64,000 bases of DNA, from contig OX597822.1 of NCBI GenBank assembly GCA_951406725.2, positions 109,678,001 through 109,742,000 on the forward strand. Direction: 5' to 3'. The position numbers and the translations under genes were made by a program. This document shows positions 57,398 through 64,000 of the stretch, piece by piece (positions within the stretch are counted from its first letter, which is position 1; every line of letters begins with the position of its first letter). This DNA is from Octopus vulgaris (Eukaryota). Under the pieces are notes generated by a model that saw only the letters and a list, made by a program, of their open reading frames with translations, made no database searches and was not told the DNA's origin.

Positions 57398-57697
57398 AAA
57401 GTGCTTTTGCCTCTCAGTGAATCAAACACGCATACAATAGAAAATGTGGACGCACAGCATATTGTGGAAAGTTGTACTACAAAGATCCAACGAAAGAAAT
57501 ACAGCGGCAGCTGTGCAAATGCTTTCTGGAACTGCTTGACTGGTAACACGTCCTATCGTTACGGGAAGAATTCCACCATGGATAAAGAGCGTGGTCTAAG
57601 TGTAAGTCGTATCGACAAAGTAGCCCGCTATGTATTCCCCATTTCTTTCGGTATATTCAATTCTATATATTGGTGTGTTTATCTTTTATCACGCTGA
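57398..57697 (+). CDS. Cys-loop ligand-gated ion channel, GABA-A/glycine-receptor-type subunit: terminal exon (M3-M4 loop end and M4)
   Basis: Acceptor tctttttatactttcag|AAA. KVLLP...SCANAFWNCLTGN...SVSRIDKVARYVFPISFGIFNSIYWCVYLLSR* matches the SxID..R..FP..F..FN..YW..Y M4 signature. Confidence 0.93.
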   Translation, partial: KVLLPLSESNTHTIENVDAQHIVESCTTKIQRKKYSGSCANAFWNCLTGNTSYRYGKNSTMDKERGLSVSRIDKVARYVFPISFGIFNSIYWCVYLLSR

Positions 57698-57825
57698 TTG
57701 TCTACAGTTTTGGCAACACACTAATACTAATTTACGAAATTTCAACACATGTACAGCAACTGAAATGATATTCGCATGAAATACCTACTAACGTATATCT
57801 ATGTACATGCGTTTGTATATATGTA

Positions 57826-57881
<56 letters not shown>

Positions 57882-57923
57882 TATATATATATATGTGTGT
57901 GTGTATATATATATATATGTATG

Positions 57924-58008
<85 letters not shown>

Positions 58009-58385
58009 CACAACTGATAAGCTGTTGGCATGTGTTAGTTATTTGTTATTGAAACATATGTACATACAAGCCCATTAATGAAATAATCATTTTTTTAAAG
58101 CATTTAATATAAAAATATTACTGAACGAACACATTGCAACCGATGACTCACATGCACTAGTTGATATATTCTTCAATTTTTTATGCAAGTTTACAAATAC
58201 ATGCATTCACTTATATAATTGTTTGTATAAAAATTATTAATTTTCCCTGTTAAATTTATAATTGCATCATGTAAAACAGCATATATGTATGCGTTCTTCT
58301 ATACGCTTATAGATATATGATATATGATATACATATATATGTATGTATACATCTATTTATGTATTCATATATATGTATACATATA

Positions 58386-58417
<32 letters not shown>

Positions 58418-58602
58418 CTCAAATATATATATACATACATATACAGACACACACACGTATATATATAAATATATATAGGCATATATATATATACATATAT
58501 ATATACATACAGATCGATGGCTACATTAATCTGTACATTTCTATATGTATACAAATAAACTGATGCTGATTTATATCTATATAAATTTATGCATATGAAT
58601 GC

Positions 58603-58689
<87 letters not shown>

Positions 58690-58847
58690 TAAGTACATAA
58701 ATGTGAAACAAGTTGGGGGAAAATATATGAATATATATAAGCATGCATACGTATATATATATATATATACATATATATATGTATATATATATCTCTATAT
58801 TTATATACATATATATATCTATATGTATATATATATATGTATATTTG

Positions 58848-58895
<48 letters not shown>

Positions 58896-58907
58896 CACAT
58901 ATATATA

Positions 58908-58943
<36 letters not shown>

Positions 58944-59369
58944 TGTATGTATACAGGTCACTTTCTTTATATCTATGCAACACTATTTGAAAATTGTTCC
59001 ATTTAGTTCTAAATATACATTTTTTTTTAACGAAGTACCAATTTTCTTTCCAGTCGTCTTACTCTTTACTATACTGCCGAGTAATAAGCGTCACTCATAG
59101 GGAAATACAATTTTATTCTAACCGAAATTATTTGCCTGTTTTAATCTTGAAAATCTTTCCGTGTCGTTACTCATATTCTTAATGATTTTATACAGAGCGG
59201 TGTGTAGTTGAATGAATAGGGTGCCTGTGAAAAGTAATCCTTTTTAGTTCTAATCTTTCAAATCCAGTACAAATATTCAGCTTTCATCCATCCAGTGTCA
59301 ATACATGCACAAATGTCTTCTTGATTAAAAATTGAAAAACTCATGAATGTCAATTTTATACACTCACAC

Positions 59370-59413
<44 letters not shown>

Positions 59414-60604
59414 GTGCATACACACACACACATATATACATATACTATAACGTGAATATATAGCCGTACCCTATCCTTCTTACATAGTATGTAAGAAGAA
59501 AAAAACTTTTGACATAATTTTAAATATATATATATATATATACATACAAAAAATTCCTTTTGTATAACATTATCCTACACATTCAATACATTTATCATTA
59601 ATCTCTCTTTCTTTTATTTTTAACATCCACTTCCCTCATCACATCCCATACTTGATCAATAATATTTTTTCTTCGTATTTATCTGCCCTACACTAAGATA
59701 ATTTCGATTCCTTTTCACTCTCTCTAATTTATTTTCCTTATCGCTTCTATATTTCTTTTCTTACCACATCTCTCTCCTTAACAATACATTTCGTAAGTAT
59801 AATACAACCTTAATCCTCATATTTCCCCCTTTATCTCCTTTATTATACTTCCATGCTACCTTATTATGCATCTTTAGTAGACAAGATTCCTTTATCCACA
59901 TCAACTTCATTCTTTTCAATTCCACTCCTCCCACCATATTTTCATAAATGCCTACATTAACTTTCTGGTATAAACTTTACAAATGTAATTTTTTACGCTA
60001 AACTTCCGTCATCTGTTTATGATTTTTTATATAAAAAAAATATTCCAAGTATTGTTTTCTACGGTTAGATTTAGTTTACATTAGGGATCATTCTCATTGG
60101 ATCTTCCTCTAAGTAAATCACCCTGTGCTTCATATATGGAGATTTAATTAGCAAATCTAAACTAATCTATAGGCAGAGAGAGAGAGATAGAGTTATCGAT
60201 ACCTCTATATTTATATCATCTCCTAACCTTTCATCTAGTATTTGCGGTTTAATAATTGATATAACTTCCTTCATAATCACACATAGATAGGTACAGATAA
60301 ACATGAAACCCATACATCCGATTTCTCTGCTTCTTTCTCTAAAGTTCTTATTATATTTTATCTGCACTGATGAGTATAATGACATTTTGAAAATTCTAAA
60401 ATGATTTTATATCTACGTACGAAACGATCGTATACATGAATAAAATACTTATATCTCCATTATTGACAAATATGATTGGATTTGTAGAACTTCAATCCAT
60501 AAATCAATCATACATTTAATATACATATACCATATATATTCATTTACTTAAATATATATATATACGTGCATATACACTTACACACACACATAAACACACA
60601 AAAA

Positions 60605-60656
<52 letters not shown>

Positions 60657-61229
60657 TATATATATGCATGAGTTCGTTTGTATGTATGATTACATATGTA
60701 TAGGTAAATGCATGAATCTAGCTAAGACATATAAACATATGCAGCTTTTAGTCCTCTGTAGGTATTTTCTCCTGCGCATTCGAAGAAAATTCAGGGATGG
60801 TATTCTCATGCCGATTTCATATCATATGTTCTTCCTGAATATAATAACGACCATATATGTGAACTTAGAAATATCTAATCCCAAATACAACGTTGATGTG
60901 TTCTTGCTGACCCGTTATTATTTTTTCTTTATTATTGTATTTGTCTAAAGTACTTTATTAACTATGAGCACTAATTAAAGTAACCAGAAACATATATATA
61001 TATATATATATACATAAATATATGTGTATATATATATATATATACATATGTATATGTGTGCATGTGTGTATGTATATCTATATGTACGTGTATAACAATG
61101 ATGGTAACATACTGATAAAACCAATATTAATAATAAGAAATAAAATAGAGAGAGGATATTTAAACAGTATTTTCAGTCTACCTACAGCCTTCAATATACA
61201 TATACTCACACATGCACTTGCACATAATT

Positions 61230-61292
<63 letters not shown>

Positions 61293-61692
61293 TATAGATA
61301 TAGATATACATATACATATATATACGTACATGCATACATATACGTATATATATATATATATATATATACATATATACGTTCTCCCTCCATTATTTGGGTT
61401 TATGTCGAATTAAATGTTTATAAATTTTAGGTGTATGTGTCTCAAAAATCTATCGTAACTTATTTGGGGATCTCTTTAATCTCTTTTCATGAATGACTAT
61501 TTTCTTTCATGATTCAATATGACAATCGAATGATTGTCAAAACTTTTCACACGTATTTCAAACCTTTACACATACACATCGTTTTAATATATCTGTACTT
61601 ATTGATGATGTCTGCAAAATTATCGCTCCCTACCATCGTACTTTACCTGACATTTCTTAAGCAGTTTACTCAATGATACAAATATACATGCA

Positions 61693-61772
<80 letters not shown>

Positions 61773-63832
61773 AACGTATATGTGTGTGTGTATGCTTGCA
61801 TAAATATGTACATCCATGCATACTCTGACATCAATTTTGCATTGTTGTCACGTAAGTAAATTCAGTCGTGATTACCTATATAACATATTTAATGTTGATG
61901 TAATTTATTCCTACATCAGTGCGCAGTATGTTTTCTTAAAATATGAAATCGCGAATAAAAATTTCCAAGTTTGAATGTTCATAGTTTTGGCTAGCAGCAG
62001 CAGCTTGATATATCACCTCCATTCGATATAATATATACATATGCAGGTTATCAGGCCTATACCACCCTGTGCAATTAATCTTCTTTATCAATATCAACAT
62101 CAATTAACTATCAAAGACACAACCAAATACATGTCTCGCTGCAAACGCCAAGACATGTATTTTCTATAATTATGCTATTTGAAAAGACATTTGCAGAATC
62201 TTTCTGTGCATATGAGAAAAGTTAACATTTATGTTATGTATGTACCTTCTAACTGAATAACACTGGAAAAGATTTTGATACTGATTTTTAGGTAACTTAC
62301 TTATAACATTTAAAATTGTGCTTGTATGTATATATGTATGTATTTGTACATGTTTTTTATCTTTTACGCTTCACTTCGTTTTATTTTTTGCACATGCAAC
62401 ATGAATAACCGCTCATAGTATACTCATGGCGGTTTCATGTACTAAGCATTGATACTTATAGAACAAAGAAAATATAAATCTAAAATATATATTCTTACTC
62501 AATTATAGTATTGATACTTTAAATATATGATGCAGTGTTGGTGTGTTCTTACCTGTCTTGATATTTATTACCTAACTTAATATTTTATTTGTTTTGCAAA
62601 TGAATTATCCAGTTTTTTCTCCGTATTATGTTAATAATAACACTAGTCACCTGACATTGGCTTGTATGATCGTATTTACAGCGTTTTAATTTTCACCTGA
62701 GAATTATAACCCTACCATAAACACTTGTTGTTGACTCAGTTGTACAGAGTAGCTGAAATGAGTAGTATGTACAATAACTGTCTGATGTCTTTAATCAACT
62801 ATAATTGCTCGAGAGAAATTTATTTAAAATTGGCGGCAATAACAGAACTAAATCCACAGACTTTGATAAATGCTACCTTAAATAGGTTGCATTTTTAAAG
62901 TTAATCCCCTCAATTTCAAGGATTGAAAAATATGTGCATTGTACGGTCGCCCTTTCCAACAATATTGACTACATGTAACATGAAATCAGGAGTTGTATGT
63001 ACTCAACAAATTATTGTTTCGGTATTTATTTCAAATTCTGAAAATTATTGCTGATCATAATAAACAATTTTTTCTTTTATATGCTGTTTTCGAGAAAGTT
63101 GTAATCCTGCATTTATTTCAAAGTATTTAATTTTCAAGAAAACTGATCAGAATTTTGTGGGGGTCTATTGTTCTACAAATGTAACATTCAATTAATATCC
63201 TACCGAATAAAATGTAGTAAGGTATTTGTTATTAATATGTGAATTAAAAGATGAAAAGAAACATTTTTATATTTTCCTTGGAATCACAAACACCAGGGTA
63301 ATTTTATCGACAGAATATATAGAAAGAAGCTGTTAAGAATCGGTTTAAAGTATGAGGTAAAAATAAGACACCATGACAGATGAAGTGAGACCAATGTACT
63401 TCAAGTGAGAGTTTGAAGTTTGAAATGCAGAAAGAAAACAACGATGTCATCAACACGGTCAATATCTGTTGTAGATGCCAATCTGATTATTGATAATTCT
63501 CTTTCTAAGCACTCAAATTTTGAATTTTGAATTTGACTTCCCATATGCCTCACGTCAAAAATATAAATTCATGTACGTTTCAGATTATTTTCATTAAATT
63601 ATTATAAAAACTGCACGTTAGTTTGTAATCTTTTTCCTCTTTTATTTGTTCGTTTTTCATGTGTTTGTTATCTTATATTTCTTTGCAACATTGGAATTGT
63701 GTCTTGACATTTCCCTTCATTTCAACTTCGTGGCAGGAGGTGCAGATGAGTGTAGCTGCATCAACTATCTCATGCACCAAATGTTAATTGCTAAAAAAGC
63801 ATTTGTGAAGTAAAATTATGTAGCAACACCAA

Positions 63833-63892
63833 ATAGCGATGCCCCAGCATGGCCACAGCTCGTGAGCTGAAACTAGATGAAATAAAAAAAAA
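63833..63892 (+). mobile_element. Isolated SINE/LINE 3' tail
   Basis: gcgatgccccagcatggccacagctc...ctgaaactaga plus A-rich end; resembles the tail at 41748-41790. Confidence 0.55.
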
Positions 63893-64000
63893 TTATTAAT
63901 TAACGAAATAGACGTGTCACATAATATATGAAGTGCAATATGCAGGGCCATCGCTAAGTCCCTGCAACACCAGCAGTCGCAGGGAGGTCTCTACGGTTGA

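Noticed and set aside
57411-57420. Alternative acceptor ctctcag at 57417
   Set aside because: A phase-0 join would give an immediate TGA; the acceptor at 57397 keeps the frame through M4.
59540-60360. Possible ancient LINE fragment on the minus strand
   Set aside because: Purine skew only; no motif I could support.

Overview
AT-rich, microsatellite-saturated animal DNA. The SINE types and (TA)n density suggest an octopus or other coleoid cephalopod; this is inference. The only supportable host gene is the 3' end of a + strand Cys-loop ligand-gated ion channel of the GABA-A/glycine-receptor type. Its M2-M3 exon is 15230-15429 and its terminal M4 exon is 57398-57697, phase-compatible across a ~42-kb intron. 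Nearly all ORF-track entries are microsatellite translations. The introns hold two Tc1/mariner relics (DD34D, DD37D), MITEs, two non-autonomous Helitrons, many tRNA-derived SINEs, and RTE and Tx1/L1 fragments. The most unusual signal is a set of Penelope-like element (PLE) remnants: a decayed GIY-YIG ORF, seven full or partial minimal hammerhead-ribozyme (HHR) motifs, and fold-back palindromes. These include a ~400-bp permuted unit combining a tRNA-like Pol III promoter with an HHR (retrozyme/Sm-alpha-like) and an inversion whose junction falls at the predicted HHR cleavage site. All calls were read by eye; no searches or folding programs were run.
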